Shown piece by piece: positions 1 through 9,736 of a DNA stretch of 64,000 nucleotides. The position numbers and the translations under genes were made by a program. Below the pieces are notes generated by a model that was not told the origin of the DNA, made no database searches, and saw nothing but the letters and a program-made list of their open reading frames with translations. The stretch covers positions 5,373-69,372 of IMG/VR virus record IMGVR_UViG_3300048858_000099. The stretch is one strand, 5' to 3'. Numbering within the stretch: the first letter of the stretch is position 1; each line of letters opens with the position of its first letter. Origin of the DNA: a virus. Lineage: Duplodnaviria; Caudoviricetes.

Positions 1-2188
1 TACCCAGCACGAGACCCATGTCGATGTTCAGCGCCCCGACGGGGTGCCTCGTGGTGTCGGTCAGTTGCCACGCCTTGCCGCCGTCGACATAGAACTCGAT
101 GGCGCTGGGAGTCCAGACGACGGCGTAGGAGTGGGGGACCGTTAGGTCAAGGCTGACCTGAGAGCTTGTGACGTTGTTGCTCGGATCGCGGACGTAGAAG
201 ATCACCTCGTCTGCCCCGCCGTCGCGGTGACTAAGTAGCCCGATGGCTCCGTCGGCGTAGTTGGCGCTCTTCAGTTCGACGACTGGGCCGTACCCTGGGC
301 CACGGTCGAGCTTGGCCTTGATCTCCCAGCGTCCGTACTTCTGCGCGTTGCCGTTTGCTCGCAACCCACCAACGAACGACCCGCTGCCGAGGATAGTGAG
401 GAACCCCTCAGACTGGATCGCTGCGGTTCCCCCAGAGACGGCAGGAGTTGTGAGCACAGAGTTTCTGATGATGTGCTCGACCATGGGCCGCCACACCGTG
501 CCCGCGGGCGGCTCGGGCCCGAAGGAAGAAGGCGGCGGAATCCCGTCGCCCCCGACGTTGTACGGGCCGTCTGACTCACCGGGCACCTTGCACCAGATAT
601 GCCCATGGCGTCGAGCTACGCCGTCCAATCCGTTCGGGCTATAGCGACTTCGCTCACCAAGCGCGATGCCCGTTGGGTTCTGCCAGTCCTGCGGGTTGGG
701 CGGGTTCTGTGCACCGTTGCGCGAGGTGTCGATGATGTAGCCAAGCTTGCCCTTCGGCACGCCGTACTGACTCTCCAGGATGTCGATGGTGCCGTTGGCG
801 TGCACCTCGCAGTCTGCCGTGGGTCGAAAGTTGGAGATGTTCTCGTTGATGCCATCGCACAGTTCGACGCCAGCCTTGGACAGCACGAAGGCCATGTCAC
901 TGGGGCCGAGCCATTGACTGTGACCGTTGTCGTGGTAGATCCGAGCGTTGATGCACTTTGCACGGATGCGCTTCACGCACTCCTTGAGCAGATACATGCG
1001 CTGGTCGAACTCGGCCTGAGTGATCTTGCCGCCGCGCAGCTCGCCGAGCACCTGCGGCAGGGCATCGGGCTCCAGGGCAATGACCGCGTATTGCTCGCCG
1101 ATGGCAGCGCACTGCTCGTCTACCCACTGCAGGTACTGAGCACTGTTCTGCGCGCCACCGCTGGCTGCTCCTCCGAAGTCGCGACCCAGGATGCTGTAGA
1201 AGATGAAGACGTTGTACTGACCGGCAGCCTTCGCTGCAGCCACGGCATTCGCCGTGACGTTCGAGCCAAGCGGCACCCACTCGATCCCGAGCCACTTGGC
1301 GCCGGCCGTGCCGACGATGTAGTCGATGCCCTTGAGGATCGCCTGGTCGCTGTAGTTGCTGCGGATGGTCCCGATCGTGTTCGCGGGATCTGCCCAGAGG
1401 TGCCAGCCTTCCGTGACCGGGGCAGCCGAGCCGCCTGGGTCGCCGTTGTTGTACACCGTCCAGCGCTGCCCGCTCGGGGTGGTGCCCTCCGTGAAGTCGT
1501 CGTAGTCGAGAAGCGTGTAGCCCGCGGGGGTGGTGGGAGTTGTCGAGCTTCCGCCGCCGCTCGATCCGCCTGTGTTGCCAGTGTCGTTTGACCCACCGAG
1601 CGTGACGTTGTTGTCGTAGGTCGAACGACTGGCGTGAGGAGTCCCGAGCCATGAGTACGTCTTACCCGGCACAGTGGCCGTGGCGGCGATGTCAGGGGTA
1701 TCACCGTCGAAGTAGGGCGTGGCGTTGCCCGCCGTGAACGCGAGGTTCGTAAACCAGCACGTTCCGGTCGAGGTCGCCCCGTAGGAGCCCAGGCCGAAGA
1801 TGACCTCGACGGTGGTGCGCTCCGAGACCGTGACGTTGACACCCTCGAAGGTCCAGGGCCGACTGGCGCCGTAGTGGCGCTGTGCGAGGACCTGGTACGC
1901 AGCGGTTCGGACGACGATGTGAGCGTTCGTGACGAGTTCGTTTGTCTGGTACTGGTACTGCAGGTAGTACGTGCCAGGGTCGAGCGTGACCGACATGATG
2001 CGGGCGCCAGCGTCACCACTCTGGCCCTCATGGAAGAAGAACTTGAACGCCGAGGTTCCGTTCGGGCCGTCTGTGGCCTTCTGCTCCAACTTGAAGTTGG
2101 GCGTGGTGGCGTTGCCTCCATACGTGGGTATGGAGGCAAGAGAGCCCTTAGCCCTGGGGTTCTCGACGTATTGCGTAGTGAGAGTCAA
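1..2188 (-). CDS. Tail-module multidomain glycosidase, 3'-truncated by the window edge: N-terminal beta-rich/CBM-like region, Gly/Ser/Thr linker, GH16-like (ConA) domain interrupted by a complete GH6 domain
   Basis: Not in the ORF track. Translated by hand from TTG at 2188 with no stop to position 2. GH6 motifs: GRDFGG, IALEPDALPQ (1052-1081), YHDNGHSQWL, NISNF, YIIDTSRNG (713-739), IWCKVPGESDG (566-598). GH16-like flanks: YTLLDYDDF..RW, YGRWEIKAKL, HSYAVVWTPSAIEFYVDG. Confidence 0.85.
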   Translation of the reverse strand, partial: MTLTTQYVENPRAKGSLASIPTYGGNATTPNFKLEQKATDGPNGTSAFKFFFHEGQSGDAGARIMSVTLDPGTYYLQYQYQTNELVTNAHIVVRTAAYQVLAQRHYGASRPWTFEGVNVTVSERTTVEVIFGLGSYGATSTGTCWFTNLAFTAGNATPYFDGDTPDIAATATVPGKTYSWLGTPHASRSTYDNNVTLGGSNDTGNTGGSSGGGSSTTPTTPAGYTLLDYDDFTEGTTPSGQRWTVYNNGDPGGSAAPVTEGWHLWADPANTIGTIRSNYSDQAILKGIDYIVGTAGAKWLGIEWVPLGSNVTANAVAAAKAAGQYNVFIFYSILGRDFGGAASGGAQNSAQYLQWVDEQCAAIGEQYAVIALEPDALPQVLGELRGGKITQAEFDQRMYLLKECVKRIRAKCINARIYHDNGHSQWLGPSDMAFVLSKAGVELCDGINENISNFRPTADCEVHANGTIDILESQYGVPKGKLGYIIDTSRNGAQNPPNPQDWQNPTGIALGERSRYSPNGLDGVARRHGHIWCKVPGESDGPYNVGGDGIPPPSSFGPEPPAGTVWRPMVEHIIRNSVLTTPAVSGGTAAIQSEGFLTILGSGSFVGGLRANGNAQKYGRWEIKAKLDRGPGYGPVVELKSANYADGAIGLLSHRDGGADEVIFYVRDPSNNVTSSQVSLDLTVPHSYAVVWTPSAIEFYVDGGKAWQLTDTTRHPVGALNIDMGLVLG

Positions 2189-2203
2189 CTGGGACCGGGA
2201 TGG

Positions 2204-2605
2204 CTACTGTTCTTCGAAAGTGGCCGCACCCGACGGGATGACTACCGGCTGTCCTGACGCGATGTCGAACGGCTGCGCGAGTGTTGTTGAGCCCGTGAGC
2301 TGCCCGCCTGTTGCAGATGTGTAGGTGCCGACGCCCTTGACGTTCCCCCACGAAGATCCAGCAGTACCGAAGGCGATGTCGGAGTTGTTCGTCACAGTGC
2401 CTGCGCCACTGGGGTCAGGGAACTTGCTGCCGATGTTGGCGAACCGTGCGTACCCCTGGCCGCTTACCTCCACCCCTCCGGTCCCGTCCTCGCCAGGCAT
2501 GGTGGTGAAGAGGGCGAGGTAAACCGTGCTGGGGTATGTCCCCTGGAGCGGCTTGCCAAGACGGAGGCGAAGCACCTCGTTCTCGAAGTAGTTGGACTTA
2601 CCCAT
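2204..2605 (-). CDS. Small tail fibre/baseplate-associated protein
   Basis: SNYFENEVL..VYLALFT..P..G..EVSG.GYAR pattern typical of small phage tail proteins; directly downstream of baseplate J. Confidence 0.65.
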   Translation of the reverse strand: MGKSNYFENEVLRLRLGKPLQGTYPSTVYLALFTTMPGEDGTGGVEVSGQGYARFANIGSKFPDPSGAGTVTNNSDIAFGTAGSSWGNVKGVGTYTSATGGQLTGSTTLAQPFDIASGQPVVIPSGAATFEEQ

Positions 2606-2613
2606 CTGGGCTC

Positions 2614-3753
2614 CTAGCTAGGTTGGACAGAGACGGACATGGAGCCCGCCTTGACGAGGGGTGCGACACCCGCGAGTACGACGTCTACGACGGGGGATGA
2701 GCCCGCGATGCGCTTGACGACCTGATCGACTCGCTTCACGCCGGGCACCTGGTCAAGGAGCGACACAAGCTCGTTGTGGTAGACCCCCTCCTCGAAGTCC
2801 CAGGTAGCTGGATCGAGGTAGGCGCGGAGTGCGGCGCTGGCCGATGCTGCAACAACGTCGACGTCGAAGCCCGCCTGGGCGATGAGGCGGGCGTCTACGT
2901 CGACCGTCGTGTACGTCGGGGCGATAGTCCGCACGACGAAGTTCACCTCGCGCTGGTCCTCGAGGTAGGCCGCAACCTCCGCGGACACAGAGGCAGGGAC
3001 CGGATTACCGAGCTGGTCGGCTAGGGCCACAGCCACCATGCGCTCGTTGTCGTAGGTGCCGTTCACGGGGTTGTAGCCGTCGATCGCGACGGCCCGGTCG
3101 ACACCGCTGATCCGGCGAGCGAGGACGGCGAAGTCTTGGGGATGGATGGGGCGAGGCGTCATCAGTCGCAGCTCTTGGCGCAGGCGGTCGAGGTATGCCG
3201 AGCTTGTCTCGGCATCGACACCGCCAGAGGTGGTCCCCGTAGTCACGACGCTGCGCACGAACGACAATGCGTCGGCCAGTTGGATGGCCGTCGGAGGGAT
3301 GCCGTTGTAGGCCGCACCGGGCGCGACAGCACGCAGCACCACTTCCCCCAAAGAGGTGGCGGTCTTGCCCGGTGCGATGGTGACCTGATCGACGACGCGA
3401 AAGAAGGCTTGCCGATCCGATGCGAGTTGGTAGCCGACGAGAGTGCCAGCAGGGATGGTGTGCCCCAGGTCGTCGTAGGCGGTCCACGTACTGTTGACCT
3501 GGGCCGACGCTGCGGCTGTAGAGGGGATGCCGTGAAGCGACTGGCCGGCGTAGCGGAAGATGTCAGCAGGCACCCGAGAGGCGACGTCGCGGTTCTCGGC
3601 AACCAGGCGCGCGAGGACTTCGATCATGGCGACTTCGAGGTGGCCCTCCTGGGGCACGAAGCCGTCAATGCGCTGGGCAAGATCGTCAAGAGCAGATGCG
3701 GCCAGATCGTCCGGGTCGGTTGAGAGCGGGATAGTGATGTACTCGTCGGCCAT
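2614..3753 (-). CDS. Baseplate J/gp47-like wedge protein
   Basis: 379 aa; GGVDAETSSAYLDRL and G..YN motifs; position after the gp25-like gene. Confidence 0.9.
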   Translation of the reverse strand: MADEYITIPLSTDPDDLAASALDDLAQRIDGFVPQEGHLEVAMIEVLARLVAENRDVASRVPADIFRYAGQSLHGIPSTAAASAQVNSTWTAYDDLGHTIPAGTLVGYQLASDRQAFFRVVDQVTIAPGKTATSLGEVVLRAVAPGAAYNGIPPTAIQLADALSFVRSVVTTGTTSGGVDAETSSAYLDRLRQELRLMTPRPIHPQDFAVLARRISGVDRAVAIDGYNPVNGTYDNERMVAVALADQLGNPVPASVSAEVAAYLEDQREVNFVVRTIAPTYTTVDVDARLIAQAGFDVDVVAASASAALRAYLDPATWDFEEGVYHNELVSLLDQVPGVKRVDQVVKRIAGSSPVVDVVLAGVAPLVKAGSMSVSVQPS

Positions 3754-4250
3754 CAGATCGAGTTCCAGGTCGCATCGCCCAACTGGTTCCAGGTGATCGA
3801 GCCCAGGGTGCTCCAGGTCGCGGGGGTGGTGGGGTCCGGCGTACCGGGATCAACCGGCGTGGTTGGGTCGGTCGGGGTCACCACCGCAGTGGACGTTGCC
3901 ATCGCATCGAGCACGCCGTAGTTCACGACCTCGGCCTTAGCCTTGACGAGCACCGTCAAGTTGCGCTGGCTGTCGTCACTGGGGCTCACGCGACTCGTCA
4001 CTTCGATCTCTGCCCGAGGCTCCCACGCTTCGATCTGAGCGGCGATGACGTCCCCAGCAGCGCTGCGGTCCGTCGTGAACGTCAGGTCGGGGATACCGAA
4101 GCCAGGTACCTCTGCCCGTTGCCCGACACGCGTCTTGACTATCGCCTCGACGCACTTCCCGATGTCTGTCAACGAGTTCTGTTCCACGACAACTGCGGCG
4201 CCAAAAGCACCGATCTGAAACGGGACGCGGAAGTGAGGGATGACTGCCAT
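3753..4250 (-). CDS. GPW/gp25-like baseplate wedge protein with a Pro/Thr-rich, TWxxL-repeat C-terminal extension
   Basis: PHFRVPF..G, TRVGQRAEVPGFG, IEAWEPRA motifs. Start reassigned to ATG at 4250. Confidence 0.8.
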   Translation of the reverse strand: MAVIPHFRVPFQIGAFGAAVVVEQNSLTDIGKCVEAIVKTRVGQRAEVPGFGIPDLTFTTDRSAAGDVIAAQIEAWEPRAEIEVTSRVSPSDDSQRNLTVLVKAKAEVVNYGVLDAMATSTAVVTPTDPTTPVDPGTPDPTTPATWSTLGSITWNQLGDATWNSI

Positions 4251-4255
4251 CTGCC

Positions 4256-4540
4256 CTACGAGCTTACGTCCCAGGCCACGATCCAAGGGCGATCCAGGCC
4301 ACTGCCCGCAAACATGACCAGGCACACGCTGCCCGGCTGTGGAGGCTGGTAGGCATCGCCGTAGCGGGCAGGACCGAAGAGCTTGGTCTCATCCCAGTCT
4401 GGTACGACGAACAAGGCGCGGTGCGCATCCTCGTCGACGGTGTGGATGACCCCTTCGATGCATGCGGGGACCTGCCAGTTTTGCGGTTGTGGCGAGGGCA
4501 GCGGCGAGAACATCGTTTCGAGGTTCGGTCGGTTCCTCAC
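4256..4540 (-). CDS. Small baseplate spike-like (gpV-type OB-fold) protein
   Basis: PQPGSVCLVMFAGSGLDRPWIV resembles the gpV/Vgr OB motif; synteny. Confidence 0.6.
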   Translation of the reverse strand: MRNRPNLETMFSPLPSPQPQNWQVPACIEGVIHTVDEDAHRALFVVPDWDETKLFGPARYGDAYQPPQPGSVCLVMFAGSGLDRPWIVAWDVSS

Positions 4541-6057
4541 ACCTTCTCCGTCCCGGCCATGACCTTCACCGGATCGACGGGGACGGACCCCGAGCCGGTT
4601 CCGCGACGGATCTCCCAGTGGAGGTGCACCCCTGTCGAGTTACCCGTGGTCCCGGCATAGCCGATGACCTGGCCCTTCTTGACGACCACCCCACGCTGGA
4701 CGATGTAGCGGTTGAGGTGGGCATAGCGAGACTCGTTTTGCTTGGCCGGCGGTGCCGACCCATTTGCGTAGGGTCCCGCTGGGGGCAGATCAGTGTGGGT
4801 GATCCGAATGACATTGCCGTAGCCTCCATCGTTGCCGACAAATGACACGACACCATCACGGGACGCCAGAACTTCCCGATTGAGTTCGACGGCGATATCC
4901 ACACCAGTGTGCGGTTTCACGATACCCGAGACGGGGTTCTTGCGAGCAGGGCTAAAACCATCGCTGATGCTATAACTGCCGTGGACTGGCCAAGACCAAG
5001 TGGCGTTGCTAGCGGCACCCGCCCCCGTGCCGGTTACGGCGCCGGTGAACTCCTGAACAAGTTTGGCGATCTGACCGAAGTAGCCATCGTCGATCCCTGT
5101 CTCGGCTTTCTCCTCGTTTGAGGTCGGCTCGGGAAGTTCAGGCATAGGAACTTGGAGGACGATCTGCGTCTCGGCCTCGAATAGGTCACGCGTCGACTCA
5201 GCGATGAACCACTTGCCGTTGGCAGGGCCGAGGTCATATAGCTCGACACAGGTACCCGGTGCCGCTGCGAAGCGTTCGGTTGCGGTGGTGTAGTCGGCGT
5301 TGCCCATTGGCTGGCCTACGTCCCAGTCGAAGTTGACGTAAGAGGTCAGTGACGGAAGCCCATCGGTGATGCGGAACGCGGGATCGCCGGCCGTGTAGGC
5401 GCTCATCGGCCCGACGTTGAGTACGCCGTCATCGACGTAGCAGTTCCAGTTGATCTCGGAGAACCAGCGCTTGATAGCGGTCCAGGTGTCCTCTCGGTTC
5501 TCGTCGGAAACTTCCATCCGGGCGCCTGTGCCCACATCGGCGGTATCTCCAGAACCGCTAAAGTATTCTAGGTCAATGGTGTCTGTTTCAGCGTCCTTGG
5601 GGACCGTGGTCAGGTTGCCGCGCGCCAGCTCCACCTGGATCGGCTGCTGAGTGTTGGCCCCGACCGCCATCCTGATCCACCCGATCTCGTCAAGGAGGGC
5701 CTGCGCTGCCTGGATGCGTGTGACCGAGCCGGATGCGAACTTGCGCGGCTCATCGTGGCGGCGCATCTCAGCCACGGCAAGGTCCTCAAAGGTCAGTTCG
5801 AGGTCATTGTCGTTCTTGCGGTGGGCGCATAGTTCGAACGACCGTCCGTCGAGCTGGGCGGTGATGCGCGAGTTGAGGAGGTTGGAGCGCAGCAGAGTTC
5901 GGTGGGGGTCGTGCACGGTGACGAGGAGGTTAGACACCCCGTCGGTTGTGCGCTTGAGGGATGCTTCAACAATGAAGGGCGCGAGTTCCGCCTTGAGCCC
6001 TTCTGACCCATCAATCTGAAGGCTGGACAGAAAGACATTCCTGAGGTCTTCGCTCAT
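4537..6057 (-). CDS. Baseplate hub (gpD-like) fused to a C-terminal M23 peptidase
   Basis: M23 motifs HTGVD, GGYGNVI, YAHL, STGVHLHWE. Start reassigned to ATG at 6057. Confidence 0.85.
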   Translation of the reverse strand: MSEDLRNVFLSSLQIDGSEGLKAELAPFIVEASLKRTTDGVSNLLVTVHDPHRTLLRSNLLNSRITAQLDGRSFELCAHRKNDNDLELTFEDLAVAEMRRHDEPRKFASGSVTRIQAAQALLDEIGWIRMAVGANTQQPIQVELARGNLTTVPKDAETDTIDLEYFSGSGDTADVGTGARMEVSDENREDTWTAIKRWFSEINWNCYVDDGVLNVGPMSAYTAGDPAFRITDGLPSLTSYVNFDWDVGQPMGNADYTTATERFAAAPGTCVELYDLGPANGKWFIAESTRDLFEAETQIVLQVPMPELPEPTSNEEKAETGIDDGYFGQIAKLVQEFTGAVTGTGAGAASNATWSWPVHGSYSISDGFSPARKNPVSGIVKPHTGVDIAVELNREVLASRDGVVSFVGNDGGYGNVIRITHTDLPPAGPYANGSAPPAKQNESRYAHLNRYIVQRGVVVKKGQVIGYAGTTGNSTGVHLHWEIRRGTGSGSVPVDPVKVMAGTEKV

Positions 6058-6719
6058 GGCAGTTTGAGCACCTGTCCGACCTTGAGCGTGCGTGGGTCGC
6101 GGATGCCGTTCAGGTTCGCCAGCTCTTGCCATCGGTTGGCGTTGCCGAGCTGGCTGGCGGCGATCCGCGAGAGCGTGTCGCCCGACTTCGCCGTGTACGT
6201 CTTGCCCGGCACGGCCGCCCCTGTCCCGGTGCTGACCTGTGCAGATTCAGCCCGCGCAGCAGCAGCAGCAGCTGGCGACTTCTGCTGCACGATGATCTCG
6301 GCCGGCACGTACTCCAGGAAGTTCAGGGTCAGTGCCTGACGGCTACGGCGTCCGTCCGATCGCCGCTGGCACTCACCCGAGTCATCAACCGATTCAAGAA
6401 CCCACACCAGGTCGGCGTGAGACATCGCGGGGCCAACGAGCTTCAGCAGGTCGGGCTCACTGCGGTCTTCGGGGCGGTGCATCCGGTCCTCGACAAGTCG
6501 GATCAGTTCTTCCACGTCGCCATCGGGCCAGGCGTCGAAGATGATCGAGAGCTTGCACGTCCACGGCTCCTCGCCCGTGAAGGTGGTGAAGCTCTTCCGG
6601 CGTGGGCGGCTGATTCGGTCCCACGTGGCAGAGCCGCCCGAGTAGCGAGGTGGGTCACCGCCCAGCGGGAGACCGACGACGGGCTGACCGCTGGAGAGCA
6701 TCATGGTGATGGTGGTCAT
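6054..6719 (-). CDS. Tail tube initiator-like protein with C-terminal LysM domain
   Basis: YTAKSGDTLSRIAASQLGNANRWQELANLNGIRDPRTLKVGQVLKLP is a LysM domain; ATG at 6719 overlaps the tape measure stop. Confidence 0.85.
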   Translation of the reverse strand: MTTITMMLSSGQPVVGLPLGGDPPRYSGGSATWDRISRPRRKSFTTFTGEEPWTCKLSIIFDAWPDGDVEELIRLVEDRMHRPEDRSEPDLLKLVGPAMSHADLVWVLESVDDSGECQRRSDGRRSRQALTLNFLEYVPAEIIVQQKSPAAAAAARAESAQVSTGTGAAVPGKTYTAKSGDTLSRIAASQLGNANRWQELANLNGIRDPRTLKVGQVLKLP

Positions 6720-8584
6720 CGACGGGCCAACTCTGCCTTGAGCCCGTTGACCACGAGCTTGGCGAGCTTGCGGTTGTCGGCACTGTCGGCGCCGCTGATG
6801 ACGACGGAACCAGGCTGGAAGACAACGCCACCCATTCCGCTCGGGGACACGGTGTCGTTGTCGAGGGGGCGCACGGTGGCCCCAGCGGGGAGCGTGAGCC
6901 ACTCGCGCCCGCGCTCACCAACCTGGACCGTGCCTGGGCGCGTCACATGCCCGCCGAAGGCGAGGCCGGGTCCCTGAGGTCGCACCGGAGAAGTCAGAGA
7001 CGAACCGAACGGGAACGTGTTGTTGCGAGCCTGCGGCATGGGTGAGGACGACCCGTAGGGACCGTCGTCGGGGAGCAGCTTGCCTATGAGACTGCCGGCC
7101 CCGCCCAGGATCTTGCTCGGCAGGCTCACGATCTTGGCGTAGACGCCATAGAGGTCGGTGAGGTAGGCGATGCTCGCTTGCAAAACGACTGTCAGGATTT
7201 TGAAGGTTGTAAGGATCGAGCTGCCGTGGTCGTTGAGGAACGAGTAGCCCTTGGTAGCGATCTCCGTCGCCGTACTGAGGAGGTCGAACACGAGCGGGAG
7301 TGCCTGCACCATGAATGGGATCGCCACTCCTGTCAGGTAGCTGCGAAAGACAGGGAGGGCCGACTTGACGCTCTCCCAGAGCCGCACGAGCGTCCCGCCT
7401 GCGCCCAGCTTGTTGTCGAGCTGGTTGAAAACCAGATCGAGGCCGCCCTTGTCGAACGCCATGATCAGCTCACGCACGTGCGGGGCAATGTCACCGATCT
7501 TGCGACCAACCCAATCGAGCGCTTTGCCCGCGCCCTTGGTCAGGAGCGGTATGCCCTTGCTCAGCTCGTCGGTCAGGGGCCGAAAAATCTTTGCCGACTC
7601 AATCCAAATCGTGTCCTTGAGGTTGGACAGCTGCCCAAGAAAAGTTCTGGATTGCTTGTCCATCGCGCCCTTGAACTGCGGGTCATTGGCGAGACCCCGA
7701 AGAACAACGTCTGCGGCTTGGCTACCCGAGATCCTTCCGGCTTCGGCATCCTTCATGACCTTGCCTTGCGAGCGACCAGAGGCGTCAGCTAGGTAGCTCC
7801 AGGCGTCAATGCCCCGCTCGGCGAGCTGGGTGTTGATCTCCTCCGCACTGAGCGTGCCTTTGGTACGCATCTGCTGAAGGGCAAGGACGATGCTGGTGAG
7901 CCCGTCGGAGTCGAGGTTGAGGGCACTGGAGGCGTTGCCGATCGCTTCCAGGGTGGGAAGCACGTCGTCCTTCTTCGTGCCCGTACCCATGAGGAACTGC
8001 GCTTGGGCTGCTACCTGCTGGGTGTCGAACGGGGTGTTGCGCGCGAACTCGTTGACCTGGCCAAGGAACTCGGTCCCAACCTGGTCACTCCCGAGGATGG
8101 TGCTGAATCCGATCTGACGCTGCTCCATCGTGCCTGCGGCCTTGAGCCCATAGGTGACGAAGGCCGCGGTTCCAGCCGCTGTAACTGCCGTCACGGCAGC
8201 TATGGCTCGAGCCAGGCCGGTCGCCACGCCGATAGCTGCCGACATTCGGCTACTCATGATGCTCAGCGAACTTGACGAGCTTCGCGTGCCGAGGTTCAGG
8301 CCGTTCTGCGCGGCGCGGGCTCGACGCAGCTCCGCAGTCAGACGGTTCACGCGCAGTTCCATGCGACGGACGGCTGCCTCAGCCTGACGCATCGCGTTGG
8401 TGTAGCCAATCGTCCCTTGCCGTGCATGGTTCAGTGCCCGACCAAGCGCCTCGACGTGCCGCGCGGCGAGCTGCGCCGAGAGGCCGATGCGGCGGATGGA
8501 CTCGGAGACGCGGGTGGCGTCCTGACGGAACTGTGACGCGCCGCGCAGACTGAGCTTGAGTTTGATTTCGTCGTCAGTTGCCAC
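6716..8584 (-). CDS. Tape measure protein
   Basis: 622 aa, Ala/Gly-rich; tape-measure domain signature (FARNTPF, KGTLSAEEINTQLAERGI); position after the chaperones. Confidence 0.9.
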   Translation of the reverse strand: MATDDEIKLKLSLRGASQFRQDATRVSESIRRIGLSAQLAARHVEALGRALNHARQGTIGYTNAMRQAEAAVRRMELRVNRLTAELRRARAAQNGLNLGTRSSSSSLSIMSSRMSAAIGVATGLARAIAAVTAVTAAGTAAFVTYGLKAAGTMEQRQIGFSTILGSDQVGTEFLGQVNEFARNTPFDTQQVAAQAQFLMGTGTKKDDVLPTLEAIGNASSALNLDSDGLTSIVLALQQMRTKGTLSAEEINTQLAERGIDAWSYLADASGRSQGKVMKDAEAGRISGSQAADVVLRGLANDPQFKGAMDKQSRTFLGQLSNLKDTIWIESAKIFRPLTDELSKGIPLLTKGAGKALDWVGRKIGDIAPHVRELIMAFDKGGLDLVFNQLDNKLGAGGTLVRLWESVKSALPVFRSYLTGVAIPFMVQALPLVFDLLSTATEIATKGYSFLNDHGSSILTTFKILTVVLQASIAYLTDLYGVYAKIVSLPSKILGGAGSLIGKLLPDDGPYGSSSPMPQARNNTFPFGSSLTSPVRPQGPGLAFGGHVTRPGTVQVGERGREWLTLPAGATVRPLDNDTVSPSGMGGVVFQPGSVVISGADSADNRKLAKLVVNGLKAELARR

Positions 8585-8587
8585 CGT

Positions 8588-8785
8588 CTACGCCTTGAAG
8601 AGTCTGCCTACAGCATTGCCGACCGCGACCCCGACCGCCTGGATCTCCGACTCCTTCTGCTGCCGACGGACGTTGAGGTACCGCTCGACAACAAGGTTGT
8701 AATAGCCCTGCAACCAGGACGGCAGGGACAGGTAGTGCTCGATGCTGATGCCAGCCAGGAGAGCCACCGCCGCAGCTTCCACCAC
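8588..8785 (-). CDS. Tail assembly chaperone, downstream (GT/E'-type) frame
   Basis: In frame with a -1 shift at GGGGGAA, giving QG-GIDGHPVVEAAAVALL. Confidence 0.7.
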   Translation of the reverse strand: MVEAAAVALLAGISIEHYLSLPSWLQGYYNLVVERYLNVRRQQKESEIQAVGVAVGNAVGRLFKA

Positions 8786-8796
8786 GGGGTGGCCGT

Positions 8797-9318
8797 CTAT
8801 TCCCCCTGGAACTCCTCGTCGATCTGCTCGCCGCGTTGTGAGGACCAGTCCTGCAGGGCCATGTACGTCTCAACGATGTCACCGTCGTTGACGTAGACGT
8901 GTCGAAGCACCGAACGAGCGGACGCATCCGTGAGGCCGAAGCGGGCGGCCATGTCGGCGTCGAACCGGGTAGGTGGTCCCTGGGGGTCGGAACCGAACGA
9001 GTACTTCTGCCCGTCGATGAGCGCGACGACGGATTCGCACGCTGCGATCAGAGAGTCGCAAGCAACGTCGAACCCGCGGTCGATGTCGCTGATGCCTCGT
9101 CGCTTGTCAGCGCGTTGCACGATCTTGGCTGACTGACCCACCTGCAACGGATTGAACGTGACGACGATCTCGGGGTCGGTCCAGTGCGGCACTCGTAGCT
9201 TGAGCTTGAGGCTGTCCTGGATCTCCTGGCGCCGCTGCGTGAGCTGCCCGAGGATCGAGGTCGGGTCGATTGGCTTGGTGTCGTCGAGCGTGACGTTGGG
9301 GGAGGGGGTGTCGCTCAA
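8797..9318 (-). CDS. Tail assembly chaperone (G/E-type)
   Basis: Between tube and tape measure; TTG at 9318 overlaps the tube stop; ends CAG GGG GAA TAG. Confidence 0.75.
   Translation of the reverse strand: MSDTPSPNVTLDDTKPIDPTSILGQLTQRRQEIQDSLKLKLRVPHWTDPEIVVTFNPLQVGQSAKIVQRADKRRGISDIDRGFDVACDSLIAACESVVALIDGQKYSFGSDPQGPPTRFDADMAARFGLTDASARSVLRHVYVNDGDIVETYMALQDWSSQRGEQIDEEFQGE
8800..8806 (-). other. Programmed -1 ribosomal frameshift slippery site GGGGGAA
   Basis: Heptamer immediately before the chaperone stop; the -1 frame is open into 8588-8785; same heptamer as in mycobacteriophage tail chaperones. Confidence 0.8.
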
Positions 9319-9728
9319 GAGATGGTTCCTTGGGGGGTCATGACGAGGTCGTAGTTGTCCACGTCGGCACTGTTGGCGTTGGCATCGCCTGGCGTGAGGC
9401 CCTTGAGGATGCCCTGGTAAACGATCGGACGGACGAACGCCAGACCATCTCGGTCGAGCGGCTGCTTGGACACGGTGCACTGGCCCTTGCCCACTCGACC
9501 CACAAGCCAGTGGAACAGCTCCGGGGCGTCACGATCGCGCTCGAAGACGCGAGTGACGGTGACGTCGCCGGTCGTTGCCGGACCGCCATACGCGCGCTCA
9601 GGCTGCATGCCGCCGGGGAAGTTTTTCGTGACGTCGGCGGTGACCTCGCCCCCGCTCATCATGGAGAAGGTGCCGAGGTTGCGGTCGTCGACGGTCACGG
9701 TGACGTTGTAGTTCTGCTGGGTTCCCAC
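9315..9728 (-). CDS. Contractile tail tube protein
   Basis: 137 aa, directly after the sheath; GTFSMMSGGEV, GDVTVTRVF, V.KQPLD pattern. Confidence 0.85.
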   Translation of the reverse strand: MGTQQNYNVTVTVDDRNLGTFSMMSGGEVTADVTKNFPGGMQPERAYGGPATTGDVTVTRVFERDRDAPELFHWLVGRVGKGQCTVSKQPLDRDGLAFVRPIVYQGILKGLTPGDANANSADVDNYDLVMTPQGTIS

Positions 9729-9736
9729 GGCGTCTC

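Noticed and set aside
261-2139. ORF-track calls 599-1591(+), 897-1652(-), 1120-2139(-) and similar long ORFs antisense to or out of frame with structural genes
   Set aside because: They are shadow ORFs of high-GC DNA; the motif-bearing frame in each region is a different one.
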